Below are positions 55,601-63,339 of a stretch of 64,000 bases of DNA, one piece after another (position 1 is the stretch's first letter; every line of letters starts with the position of its first letter). The DNA comes from a virus. Under the pieces are notes generated by a model. It was not told the origin of the DNA and searched no databases. It was given only the letters and a program-made list of their open reading frames with translations. The position numbers and the translations under genes were made by a program. The DNA is taken from the IMG/VR virus record IMGVR_UViG_3300042887_005324, positions 110,042 through 174,041 of that record. The stretch is one strand, 5' to 3'.

Positions 55601-57646
55601 TGAAATTCCACCGGCCGCTCCAACAGTTTCCCCAAATTTAGAAACTAATAAAAATTTAGCCTGCAGTGGGTCGGATAAATTAGTAGCATTAGATACAACT
55701 GATAATATACCAATCAAAATACCATTATCTCTAAAGTTTGAAAATGTATCAAAGACTTCATCTTGTACAGATGCTATAGCAGTTGTTAAGTCAGCATATC
55801 TTGTTTGACCATATTGAACTCTAAATATTCCATTTTGAATTAAAAATATTCTTTGGTTAGTTGCTTGTTTTGTAGGGCTACCAACTGTGTCTAAAACTCC
55901 TGCATTATCCCATCGACCAGGGTCGATTGCAGTTGTATTTGAATAAGTACCACCTGTTCTTGTTCTATATTGAAAAGTGACTGGTAATTTACCAGGAATT
56001 GTAATACTACTTGGGTTAAGTACATCAGTCATATAACCAATACCTAATCCCCAAAGACTACCAGCAGATGTTTGAAAAGATAGAGTAGCTCCTATATAAG
56101 AAGGGTAAACACCGTTGTTTATCAACTTGATAGGCGTAAACATATCTCTAAGCTGAGTTGCGGGTGATATATCTATATCAGGTTCAGGAAAGACATTTGC
56201 TATAGTTGCTTTATTGGCATGTCCGACTTTACCTAGATAGATATTTTCTCTTCGTTGTCTTGGTGTTGGAAAACTTGTTTGTTGAATTATTGAACCAGTT
56301 GAATTGACCAAAAAGTAAGTTTCTGTAGCAGTTGTTATATTACTTAAAGTGATACCAGTTCCACCAGCATACTCAATCAATTTAACAGTAGGTCTTGTTG
56401 AACTAGTTGGACCTGCATTATCAACTATCCAACCTTTCATAGCTGTGATGTTAATACTTGTTGAAGATGCTGTTAAAAATCCGGGTGTTTGAAAGTAAAA
56501 AATACCACCAGATATAACATTACCTTCTAATATATTTCTTTGCCTATCTGTTATGGATAGATTTAAATTTTCATTATTTACTGTAACATAAATAGAGCCA
56601 TTGGATCCAGTTGCTATTACATAACCAACAACATTTGCTCTCGAAGAAAAAGAGAGTCCATAATAATCAGCCGTAAACTTACCAGGAACAGTGTCAGAAA
56701 GATAAAGAGCATCTCCTGGTGTCACATTAGTCAATACTAATGAAGTTGTATCTACATTAGTTATAATACCATTTGTAGTTATATTTCCAATTTGACCACT
56801 TACTATATCTTCTGATGCGACAGCATTTACAGTGGCGTTTAGATCTGGGTTAGAAAGTGATAAGACAATTGTAGGCAGCCCAGCAGTTGATCCGTTAATA
56901 TGTACACATTGACCTCTACTTATTGTAGCACCAGAAATATTATATGCTCTTAGAAATAGTTCTTTACCAATGTGAATTGGTGAATTAAGTACATTATCTG
57001 AGTAGTAGGCAAGTGCTTCTTCAGATGGATCATAAAATAATCTATTTGGAGCTGGTACAACAGACTGAGTAAGAAAGTCAATATATGATAAATTTTGAAT
57101 TTTATCTGAATAAAGACTTAATGTTTCTCCTATTTGTAATTTCTGTCCATCAAAAGTCAAATTAGACTCTGCATTTGCAGAATTAGAACCAGAAGCAGTT
57201 AATATTCTTGTGGGAGCCGTATTGTATATAGAGGTAAATCCGGAACCGGTTGGTCCTTGATTACCTTGAAATCCTTGGGGACCGGTAATGCCATAACTAA
57301 TTGGTGACCAAACCGTTGGTGTCACACTTGGAGTACCAAATGGTGGACCTGGTAAAGAATTACTGCTATTAGTTGATATGTAAGCTACTCCATTATAAGT
57401 TACGATTTCAAGTGGAAAGTAAACCATAGAATTATCCCAGGTTCCAACGAAAGAAACAGAGTCACCACTAGGACCAGTAGGTCCGATCGGACCTGTAAAT
57501 CCTTGTGGTCCAACTGAGGCGGTTCCAAGTCCTAAATCTAATAAATTACCAAATCCATCATAATATGTGTCTGGAGTACCGTGAATAACTTGTACCAATC
57601 TACCGTAGGTAGATGAGGCAGTTTTACCGGTCAAACTATAAGTCAT
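52613..57646 (-). CDS. collagen-like tail fibre/spike protein (1677 aa)
   Basis: G-X-Y tracts, modules shared with 7212-13946, C-terminal beta-helix-like domain starting IYVHPNGDNS...PFRTLDAA. Confidence 0.82.
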   Translation of the reverse strand: MTYSLTGKTASSTYGRLVQVIHGTPDTYYDGFGNLLDLGLGTASVGPQGFTGPIGPTGPSGDSVSFVGTWDNSMVYFPLEIVTYNGVAYISTNSSNSLPGPPFGTPSVTPTVWSPISYGITGPQGFQGNQGPTGSGFTSIYNTAPTRILTASGSNSANAESNLTFDGQKLQIGETLSLYSDKIQNLSYIDFLTQSVVPAPNRLFYDPSEEALAYYSDNVLNSPIHIGKELFLRAYNISGATISRGQCVHINGSTAGLPTIVLSLSNPDLNATVNAVASEDIVSGQIGNITTNGIITNVDTTSLVLTNVTPGDALYLSDTVPGKFTADYYGLSFSSRANVVGYVIATGSNGSIYVTVNNENLNLSITDRQRNILEGNVISGGIFYFQTPGFLTASSTSINITAMKGWIVDNAGPTSSTRPTVKLIEYAGGTGITLSNITTATETYFLVNSTGSIIQQTSFPTPRQRRENIYLGKVGHANKATIANVFPEPDIDISPATQLRDMFTPIKLINNGVYPSYIGATLSFQTSAGSLWGLGIGYMTDVLNPSSITIPGKLPVTFQYRTRTGGTYSNTTAIDPGRWDNAGVLDTVGSPTKQATNQRIFLIQNGIFRVQYGQTRYADLTTAIASVQDEVFDTFSNFRDNGILIGILSVVSNATNLSDPLQAKFLLVSKFGETVGAAGGISTTTLQQAYNNSGDPEILTNSTNDGVVFRRGSTSDSDNVLIVQNGSASNTFYVRGDGNTWLSNLHINNIGLTSGATKYMVVNDSGDVFYQTTIVGGGSGATGPVGPTGAGGALGYYGSFYDLSNQLNPTASIARPMILSYTYESNGVSIVDGTKLTFAHSGTYNIQFSTVFTKSTANAELISVWFAKNGQSTTASNTEFSISGNTDQVVSWNFIYTLNSNDYVELYWSSADTSISILSTGTQSNPVRPAVPSVILTAQQIMYTQVGPTGSQGATGPNSLTVGSTSILNGTSGQIVFEGVGNVVQESPNLYWDQTNSRLGVGTNSPSSKLEVLNNNSSVSGLIVSGSSSAHMLRVTQTGTGSALVVEDSANPDSTPFIVTADGRVGIGDPLPGFALTVNGTAVVNNSVITPTLQAFVIYPNTDDHLYIQTRDTSPATNLKDIIFRTGNPLGTPLERARINSIGNIVVGTSSGPTSSILTLESTTKGFLVPRMTSSQKYLISLPTSGLLVYDTDLIGFSYFDGTTWSTLGSQGPTGPQGFQGNQGNQGPTGPQGDQGFQGPQGPTGPSGTSGTQGATGPQGSNGTNGTQGTTGPQGVTGPQGSNGSNGTQGPTGPQGVQGPAGGGTGSGTQGPTGPQGPAGAGGSSFLYRNIIYVHPNGDNSTAVVGNINLPFRTLDAAIATASSFTNSVVEVYPGTSFETSTPTYDYVLGTTTLTNQNLTIYLKPNVHLKLTGGSFTFILNNSILKIISDDSNSSIFVDRRGFSSAGSGSSIYLENVSVYQNISAAISPTCCFYFQVGSKNTLATLSAKNCYFDFNDEITSDGGQTEYTGFYVDNGSGSVYLTFDNCQFLMNLRPQSFGLIGFFYYKNLTTDSNRLKLRNSQAVYLLNQVEGNPAPQAYVLYSGDPDGNSTEQVTIDDCIFYIDTERFGEVLSSPDTLSNVSLVSRSIHNFDATDTLNVTYITGQPSSLTDLGVSGYGFLEKYLTINKPFERKFPEI

Positions 57647-57696
57647 TACATATATATAAACATTTTATAGGTCAACTTACCCTTAATATATATTAT

Positions 57697-58113
57697 ATGT
57701 CACTTCAGTATTCAAGTTTCCTAAATAATTATGTCGATTGGACAGACGAAGAAATCGCTGTTGGTAAAAAATACCTAAAGTGGGAAGAATTAACAGTAAA
57801 TTGGGAAGACCTTAATTTAATATGGGAGGATATTTCAATTCTTTTAGAAGTAGTTGAAACATTAAGAAAAAGAGGTGGAAGTGGAGGAAGTTACAAAGAA
57901 TACATGGAGAAAAATCCATGGAATGTGACTAAAAGAGAATTAAAAAAAGAACTCGGTGAAGAAAAAACAAAAAAATTTATAAAATTAGTTTGTAGAGTGA
58001 ATAATATAGATTTCGAAGAAGAAAGAGAATTAAAAACTAATATTGATATTACAGTTGATCATTTAGATAAGGTAATTAATGAAGCAACTAAAATAGGAAT
58101 AAAAATAGATTAA
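57697..58113 (+). CDS. hypothetical protein
   Basis: Start reassigned to ATG 57697, 4 nt after TAATATATA. Confidence 0.65.
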   Translation: MSLQYSSFLNNYVDWTDEEIAVGKKYLKWEELTVNWEDLNLIWEDISILLEVVETLRKRGGSGGSYKEYMEKNPWNVTKRELKKELGEEKTKKFIKLVCRVNNIDFEEERELKTNIDITVDHLDKVINEATKIGIKID

Positions 58114-58132
58114 AAAATAAATATATACTTTT

Positions 58133-58834
58133 ATGGAAAATAAAGGAATTATTAATTTTTCTGATTTTATCGGTGATGATAAGATTAAAAATACTGATTT
58201 CAATAGAGAAGAATTCAATGATTTTTTTCTACCTGAAAATCAAAACCAAAATGCTGAAGAATTAACTACAACAGATCTAGAAGTATCTGGTGTTTCTGAA
58301 CCTATCGAAGAAGTTGATGAAAAAATAGTCGAGTCGGTTATGGAAGAATCCGAGAAATCGACTAAAGAAATTGTAGAAGAAAAAACTGTTGAAGAAGTTG
58401 AGGAAGTTGAAGAAAGTGAAGAGACTCAAGAAGAAGTTGTTTCTACAGTAGAATCAAATGATAATTATTATTCAGTATTCAAAGATAAATCTGAAGATTT
58501 CTCTTGTGATATTTCTTTAGAAGGAGCTAACCTTTCAAACACAGAAGCAAGATTAATTTTAGAAACAGATGATTGGAATTTAGTTTTTAACGGTGAAATA
58601 TCAAAAGATGGTAAATGTCTTATTCCAATTAAGAAACTTTCTATTCTTAACGAAGGTCAAATTGGTAAAATTAAACTTGAAGTAATAGCTGAAGGAACAG
58701 TATTCACTCCTTGGGAAGATGATTTCAAAGTAAAAGTTAGTAAAAAAGTTTCTGTAAAAATAAATGAAACAAAATCAAATCCAAAGAAAACAGATACTAA
58801 AGCATCTGCAGTAAAAGTCAATATTAAAAGATGA
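58133..58834 (+). CDS. acidic protein, possibly head-associated
   Basis: IINFSDF N-terminus, Glu-rich linker, Ig-like C-terminal domain; AAATATATA upstream. Confidence 0.55.
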   Translation: MENKGIINFSDFIGDDKIKNTDFNREEFNDFFLPENQNQNAEELTTTDLEVSGVSEPIEEVDEKIVESVMEESEKSTKEIVEEKTVEEVEEVEESEETQEEVVSTVESNDNYYSVFKDKSEDFSCDISLEGANLSNTEARLILETDDWNLVFNGEISKDGKCLIPIKKLSILNEGQIGKIKLEVIAEGTVFTPWEDDFKVKVSKKVSVKINETKSNPKKTDTKASAVKVNIKR

Positions 58835-59379
58835 AAATTATAATTGGTATAAGAAGATCTGCACCTAAAGGTGGTAAGTTAGAACAATTTCAAATGGTTA
58901 GACCAACCAGTAAGAATGAAAGTCTAATTAAAAATCTTATTCTAAGAACTATTAGAAAAGATAACACCGGAAATTATCCAGGTACAGATGAACCAACTTA
59001 TGATTTCTACATCACTGATGATGGTAGAAAAAGTGTAACAAATTCTATTGAACTAGCTGGTGAATTAGTTGGAGTAGTAGATGAAACAACACTATTGGAA
59101 TTTAATAAAGATCATGATGACAATATCTTTATTTCAGAAGTTGACTCATCAGTAAATGAAGAAAGTTTACCACAAGAAAATACAGTAAAACAACTAGAAA
59201 GAATAAGAAAAATTTCTAAAAAAACCGATATTGGTGATAGAATTTCAGACATGAATAAACAAGGTGCCAATATACAATATATTCATAACCCAATTGATAC
59301 TGGTATTGAATCAATACAAGATTATTGGAAGAACAATCAAAAAAATTATAAATACTCTATAAAAAGATTCAATAAATAG
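58831..59379 (+). CDS. hypothetical protein
   Basis: 182 aa ORF, ATGA overlap. Confidence 0.6.
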   Translation: MKIIIGIRRSAPKGGKLEQFQMVRPTSKNESLIKNLILRTIRKDNTGNYPGTDEPTYDFYITDDGRKSVTNSIELAGELVGVVDETTLLEFNKDHDDNIFISEVDSSVNEESLPQENTVKQLERIRKISKKTDIGDRISDMNKQGANIQYIHNPIDTGIESIQDYWKNNQKNYKYSIKRFNK

Positions 59380-59386
59380 AATATTT

Positions 59387-59920
59387 ATGGTTATCAAATC
59401 TTATCAGACTTTCTTAGAATCTAAAAACTATCGTTATGGATGTGTGATGGTTTATTTAGATATTCCTAACTGGGAAGAAATTACTTCAATTATTGACAAA
59501 GAAGATTTATATAAACCAGAGGATAGAAAATATGGTATTCAAAAAAATCCTCATGTTACAATATTATATGGACTACACTCAGATGTAAAAGATGAAGATG
59601 TTATTAAAATATTTGATAATATTAAGTCAAGTGATTTCAAAATAAATGTTAATAAAATAGATTCATTTAATAATCAAGAATTTGATGTAGTAAAAATGAG
59701 TGTTAGATGTGATAAACTTTTTGAGTTGAATAAAGAACTAATGAAACTACCACACACAACAGATTATCCAGACTATAAGCCACATATAACTTTAGCTTAT
59801 GTGTTACCAGGAAAGTCTGAAAAATACTTACAGAACAATTACAATTATACATTTGAAAATATTAAAAATATAATTTATTCTAAATCAAATGGTGAGAAAA
59901 TTCAAATTAAACTTAATTAA
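59387..59920 (+). CDS. 2H phosphoesterase, Acb1 (T4 57B)-like
   Basis: Two HxT motifs: PHVTILYG and PHTTDYPDYKPHITLAY. Confidence 0.78.
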   Translation: MVIKSYQTFLESKNYRYGCVMVYLDIPNWEEITSIIDKEDLYKPEDRKYGIQKNPHVTILYGLHSDVKDEDVIKIFDNIKSSDFKINVNKIDSFNNQEFDVVKMSVRCDKLFELNKELMKLPHTTDYPDYKPHITLAYVLPGKSEKYLQNNYNYTFENIKNIIYSKSNGEKIQIKLN

Positions 59921-60030
59921 GATAATTAGTAATAATTACTATCCTAAATTCATAATTCAAAGATTAGAAAAGAGAAAAAATTGGTAGAAAAAATAGAAAA
60001 GGGAGAAATTATATATTTAATATATAGTTT

Positions 60031-60621
60031 ATGAAAAATTGTTCTATGTGTAATATCGAAAAAAAACTATCTGAGTTTTATAAAAAGAAATCCTCCAAGG
60101 ATGGACTTAGAAGTGAGTGTAAAGAGTGTAATAAAATCTACTCGAAAAAATATAAGATAGATTATTATCAAAAAAACAAAGATAGAATAAAACGTGAGAT
60201 TTGTGAAGATAAAGAGTTCATTGCTCTATATCTTAAAGAGTATAAGAAAAACAATAAAGAAAAGTTGAACTTATGGAGGGTTAATTATAGAAAAAATAAG
60301 TTCAAAAAAGATCCAATTTATAAACTATCACATAATCTTAGGTCTTTGATTTCAAAATCTATTAAAAACTTTGGATATGTAAAAAGTAAAAAAACAGAGT
60401 TCATTTTGGGATGTTCTTTCGAAGAATTTAAAATATATTTAGAGTCACAATTTAAAGATGGAATGACCTGGGAAAATAGAAGTGAATGGCATTTAGACCA
60501 TAAAATACCTATTAGTTGGGCAAAATCAGAAGAGATGGTATATAAACTCAACCACTATACAAATTTCCAACCATTGTGGGCTAAAGATAATATATCAAAG
60601 GGTAATAAATATGCCGATTAA
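60031..60621 (+). CDS. putative HNH homing endonuclease
   Basis: CSMC...CKEC zinc ribbon; LGCS..E...YLE.QF..GMTWEN..WHLDHKIP...HYTNFQPLW..DN..KGN. Confidence 0.75.
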   Translation: MKNCSMCNIEKKLSEFYKKKSSKDGLRSECKECNKIYSKKYKIDYYQKNKDRIKREICEDKEFIALYLKEYKKNNKEKLNLWRVNYRKNKFKKDPIYKLSHNLRSLISKSIKNFGYVKSKKTEFILGCSFEEFKIYLESQFKDGMTWENRSEWHLDHKIPISWAKSEEMVYKLNHYTNFQPLWAKDNISKGNKYAD

Positions 60622-60635
60622 AAACTACAGTAACT

Positions 60636-60785
60636 ATGGAGAAGAAAGACAAAAGAAAAATAAAAGTATATTTTTCTATGGAACCAAACAAACATAAAAT
60701 GTTTGAAAAATATATCAATGATAACCTTTTAGATAAATCAAAAGTTATAGAGAGTCTAATATCGGAATATATTAAAAATAAGTAA
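60636..60785 (+). CDS. ribbon-helix-helix DNA-binding protein (49 aa, not in ORF track)
   Basis: MEKKDKRKIKVYFSMEPNKHKMFEKYINDNLLDKSKVIESLISEYIKNK: alternating beta strand, helix, S-x-x-I helix. Confidence 0.6.
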   Translation: MEKKDKRKIKVYFSMEPNKHKMFEKYINDNLLDKSKVIESLISEYIKNK

Positions 60786-60811
60786 ACTTTTCAAATACCT
60801 TATAATATAAA
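60783..60811 (+). promoter_or_regulatory. putative phage-sigma promoter of SSB
   Basis: TAAACTTTT-14nt-TATAAA. Confidence 0.5.
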
Positions 60812-60856
60812 TTTTATCAGAGTAGAATCTGAATAATAAAATACAATTGATAAATT

Positions 60857-61819
60857 ATGGCAATTAATGAATTTGATGACTTATTTAGTGGCAATCTAGA
60901 CAGTAAGATGGATTTCCTAAATGAAAAAAAACAAGTAAATGCAGATGGTATTTACAGAATTGATCTTTCTAAGGTCAAAGACAAAAAGAAAGGTTACCGT
61001 TCAGTAGTTCGTCTTTTACCAAACTTGACAAAAGAAGGTAAAGTAGGACAAGCAGCAATTGAGAAAATTACTCACTATGTTGATATCAAGAACGCAAAAG
61101 AATTATCTGGTTGGTTTGACTCAGCTAAGAACTTCAACGAGAAGTGTCCATTAACTGATTTGTATTACAACATGGTAAATTCTAAAAACGCTATTCTTCA
61201 AGAAAAAGCTAAATGTTTGAAATACTCTAAAAAGTATTATTCTTATGTTTTAGTTATTGAAGACGAACAACAACCAGAACTAGTTGGTAAAGTTATGATT
61301 TTTCAATATGGTAAAACTATTAAAGATAAAATCTTAGCTGAAAAAAATGGTGAAATCTCTGGTGTTTCTTGTAATGTTTTTGATTTGACTCACGGTAAAG
61401 ATTTCGTTCTTTTAGTGAAAGAAATTCAAACTGGTGACGAAACTTATCCAGATTACAAAAACTCAATGTTCAAACCAGAAACATCTTCTCTTCCTATTTA
61501 TTTCGAAGACAAAGCAGCATTCAAAAATGTTCCTGTAGTAGATGGTAAAATTGATCCTAAGGCTCAGACAATGGTTAAAGACTTCTTATTAAAGAGAGAA
61601 CATGAATTGGAGGAATTTGCACCAAAGCGTTTATCTGAAGAACAACAAGCTAAAATCAATGAGATCACAGCTTACTTGACTGGTAAAGCTTCTGCTTCTT
61701 TCAACAAAGAATCAAAACCATCATCTGATGATTTTGAAATCGATGGACTTGTTTCATCTGGTAGCAGTACTTCTTCTTCTACAACTGAAGATGAAGACGA
61801 TTTCTTTGGTGATTTCTAA
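60857..61819 (+). CDS. T4 gp32-like single-stranded DNA-binding protein
   Basis: VRLLP, CP, YYSYVLVIED..PE..GKV.IFQYGKTI, G.DF.L, YPDY..S.F; acidic tail EDEDDFFGDF. Confidence 0.85.
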   Translation: MAINEFDDLFSGNLDSKMDFLNEKKQVNADGIYRIDLSKVKDKKKGYRSVVRLLPNLTKEGKVGQAAIEKITHYVDIKNAKELSGWFDSAKNFNEKCPLTDLYYNMVNSKNAILQEKAKCLKYSKKYYSYVLVIEDEQQPELVGKVMIFQYGKTIKDKILAEKNGEISGVSCNVFDLTHGKDFVLLVKEIQTGDETYPDYKNSMFKPETSSLPIYFEDKAAFKNVPVVDGKIDPKAQTMVKDFLLKREHELEEFAPKRLSEEQQAKINEITAYLTGKASASFNKESKPSSDDFEIDGLVSSGSSTSSSTTEDEDDFFGDF

Positions 61820-61831
61820 TATTCAATTTTA

Positions 61832-61864
61832 GAAAAACCCCTCTTCGAGGGGTTTTTCTTTTTT
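61832..61864 (+). terminator. intrinsic terminator
   Basis: GAAAAACCCCTC-TTC-GAGGGGTTTTTC plus T-tract. Confidence 0.85.
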
Positions 61865-61916
61865 AAACAAAAAAAACTTTTTTTATATAAATAAAAGTAA
61901 AAATCTATTTAATAAA

Positions 61917-62891
61917 ATGAACTACACTGGTAAAAAATACACTGACTTAGTTACAGGAAGAGTAATTGAAATAAAAGACCACTTTGAGGATATCGCTATT
62001 TTAGATAATGGTAGTAAAGTAAAAGTATCTAGATTGTTAGATAAAAACTACTTTGATGAATTTATAGATCCAAAATCTTTCTTCCAAAATGAAAGCTTAT
62101 TAAATACATTCGCTCAAAAAATCAAACAAATTCCAGATAGCGTTATCAACAATATAAATGAATCAGTAGATAACTTTACTCAAAATGACACTGTTGATCT
62201 TAACAACATTTCTGGATCTACTTCTATAAGACCAGCAATAAACGAATCAGCTGTAATAATGTCTGACCCAGAAATAGAGAAAGAAGAGTTAATGAGAAAA
62301 TACGGAATACCTCAATCTAATGCCGTTAATGCTGCTCAACAACAAATGGAAATGTTTCAAAACTTACTGAATGATAAACCGGTGACACAAGTTAATGTCA
62401 GCAGAGATGAAGAGCCAGTTCAAAGAATTGAGGTCAATAGAGATGAACAGGAACTCATTCAAAACTCAAGAGTAGTTTCTCAACCTAAAGTCGAAGATCC
62501 TATTATAACAATGTTCAAGAATTGTAAAAGAAACAAAGATTTCAAAATTACATTAGATATTGAGAACAAAATACCCCGTCCAGACTTTATCGAAATGATG
62601 GAAGATTCTTATAACACGAGTATCATAGAATTTTTAGCAGATGAATTTACAAATAATCTTTTATCTAATCCAAATATTATCAAAGATAAAATTAAAAATG
62701 AGATTTCTAAATTAGTTTATGGTGAGGAAAAAATTGAAGAAGTTTCATCTAAGCCATCAACAGATGTTAATTCTCAGATAACAGATTCTGTCACTCAAAT
62801 AAATAAGGAAAATAAGTCAGTAGAAGAAACTGTTGAGACTAAGAAGAAAAACACAACCAGGAAAACTAAAAAAGAATCTATTGAGAAATGA
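61917..62891 (+). CDS. hypothetical protein
   Basis: 324 aa ORF; TAAAC-N17-TATAAA at 61864-61891. Confidence 0.65.
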   Translation: MNYTGKKYTDLVTGRVIEIKDHFEDIAILDNGSKVKVSRLLDKNYFDEFIDPKSFFQNESLLNTFAQKIKQIPDSVINNINESVDNFTQNDTVDLNNISGSTSIRPAINESAVIMSDPEIEKEELMRKYGIPQSNAVNAAQQQMEMFQNLLNDKPVTQVNVSRDEEPVQRIEVNRDEQELIQNSRVVSQPKVEDPIITMFKNCKRNKDFKITLDIENKIPRPDFIEMMEDSYNTSIIEFLADEFTNNLLSNPNIIKDKIKNEISKLVYGEEKIEEVSSKPSTDVNSQITDSVTQINKENKSVEETVETKKKNTTRKTKKESIEK

Positions 62892-63280
62892 TTGATAAAC
62901 AATTAATTGAAAGTGCTAAACTCATTAGAAACGATTATTTGAATTTAACTTCAAATCTTGATAAGTATCAAGTAGAAGTTGGAAACTTAGGTAAATTTCT
63001 ACTAAATAAAGTAGAGGAACTGAAAAAGTATAATGATGAAGTGATTAAAAAGATTAAAAATAAAGATGATATTGCAAAAGTCACTAGTCATATTTTACTC
63101 GAGATACAAGAAATAGAAGTCGAAGAAAAACGAATAGCAGTTAAAGTTGAGTCAATAAACACAAAATTAGAAAAACTAAAAAAAGATGAGATGTCACTCT
63201 ATCAAACTATCAAAGATAGATATCCTAATTTGAGTGATGATCAAATTGTAAAAGAAATACAATCACATTTAGAAAAATAA
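62888..63280 (+). CDS. coiled-coil hypothetical protein
   Basis: 130 aa helical ORF, ATGA overlap. Confidence 0.65.
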   Translation: MIDKQLIESAKLIRNDYLNLTSNLDKYQVEVGNLGKFLLNKVEELKKYNDEVIKKIKNKDDIAKVTSHILLEIQEIEVEEKRIAVKVESINTKLEKLKKDEMSLYQTIKDRYPNLSDDQIVKEIQSHLEK

Positions 63281-63311
63281 AATAACCCTTCATTAGAAGG
63301 GTTATTTTTTT
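63280..63311 (+). terminator. intrinsic terminator
   Basis: AAATAACCCTTC-ATTA-GAAGGGTTATTT plus T-tract. Confidence 0.8.
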
Positions 63312-63339
63312 AATATATATTGAAAATATTCAATGTATA

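Noticed and set aside
59921-60030. Purine-rich AGAAAA repeats upstream of the HNH gene
   Set aside because: Low complexity with no consistent period or structure; no supportable function
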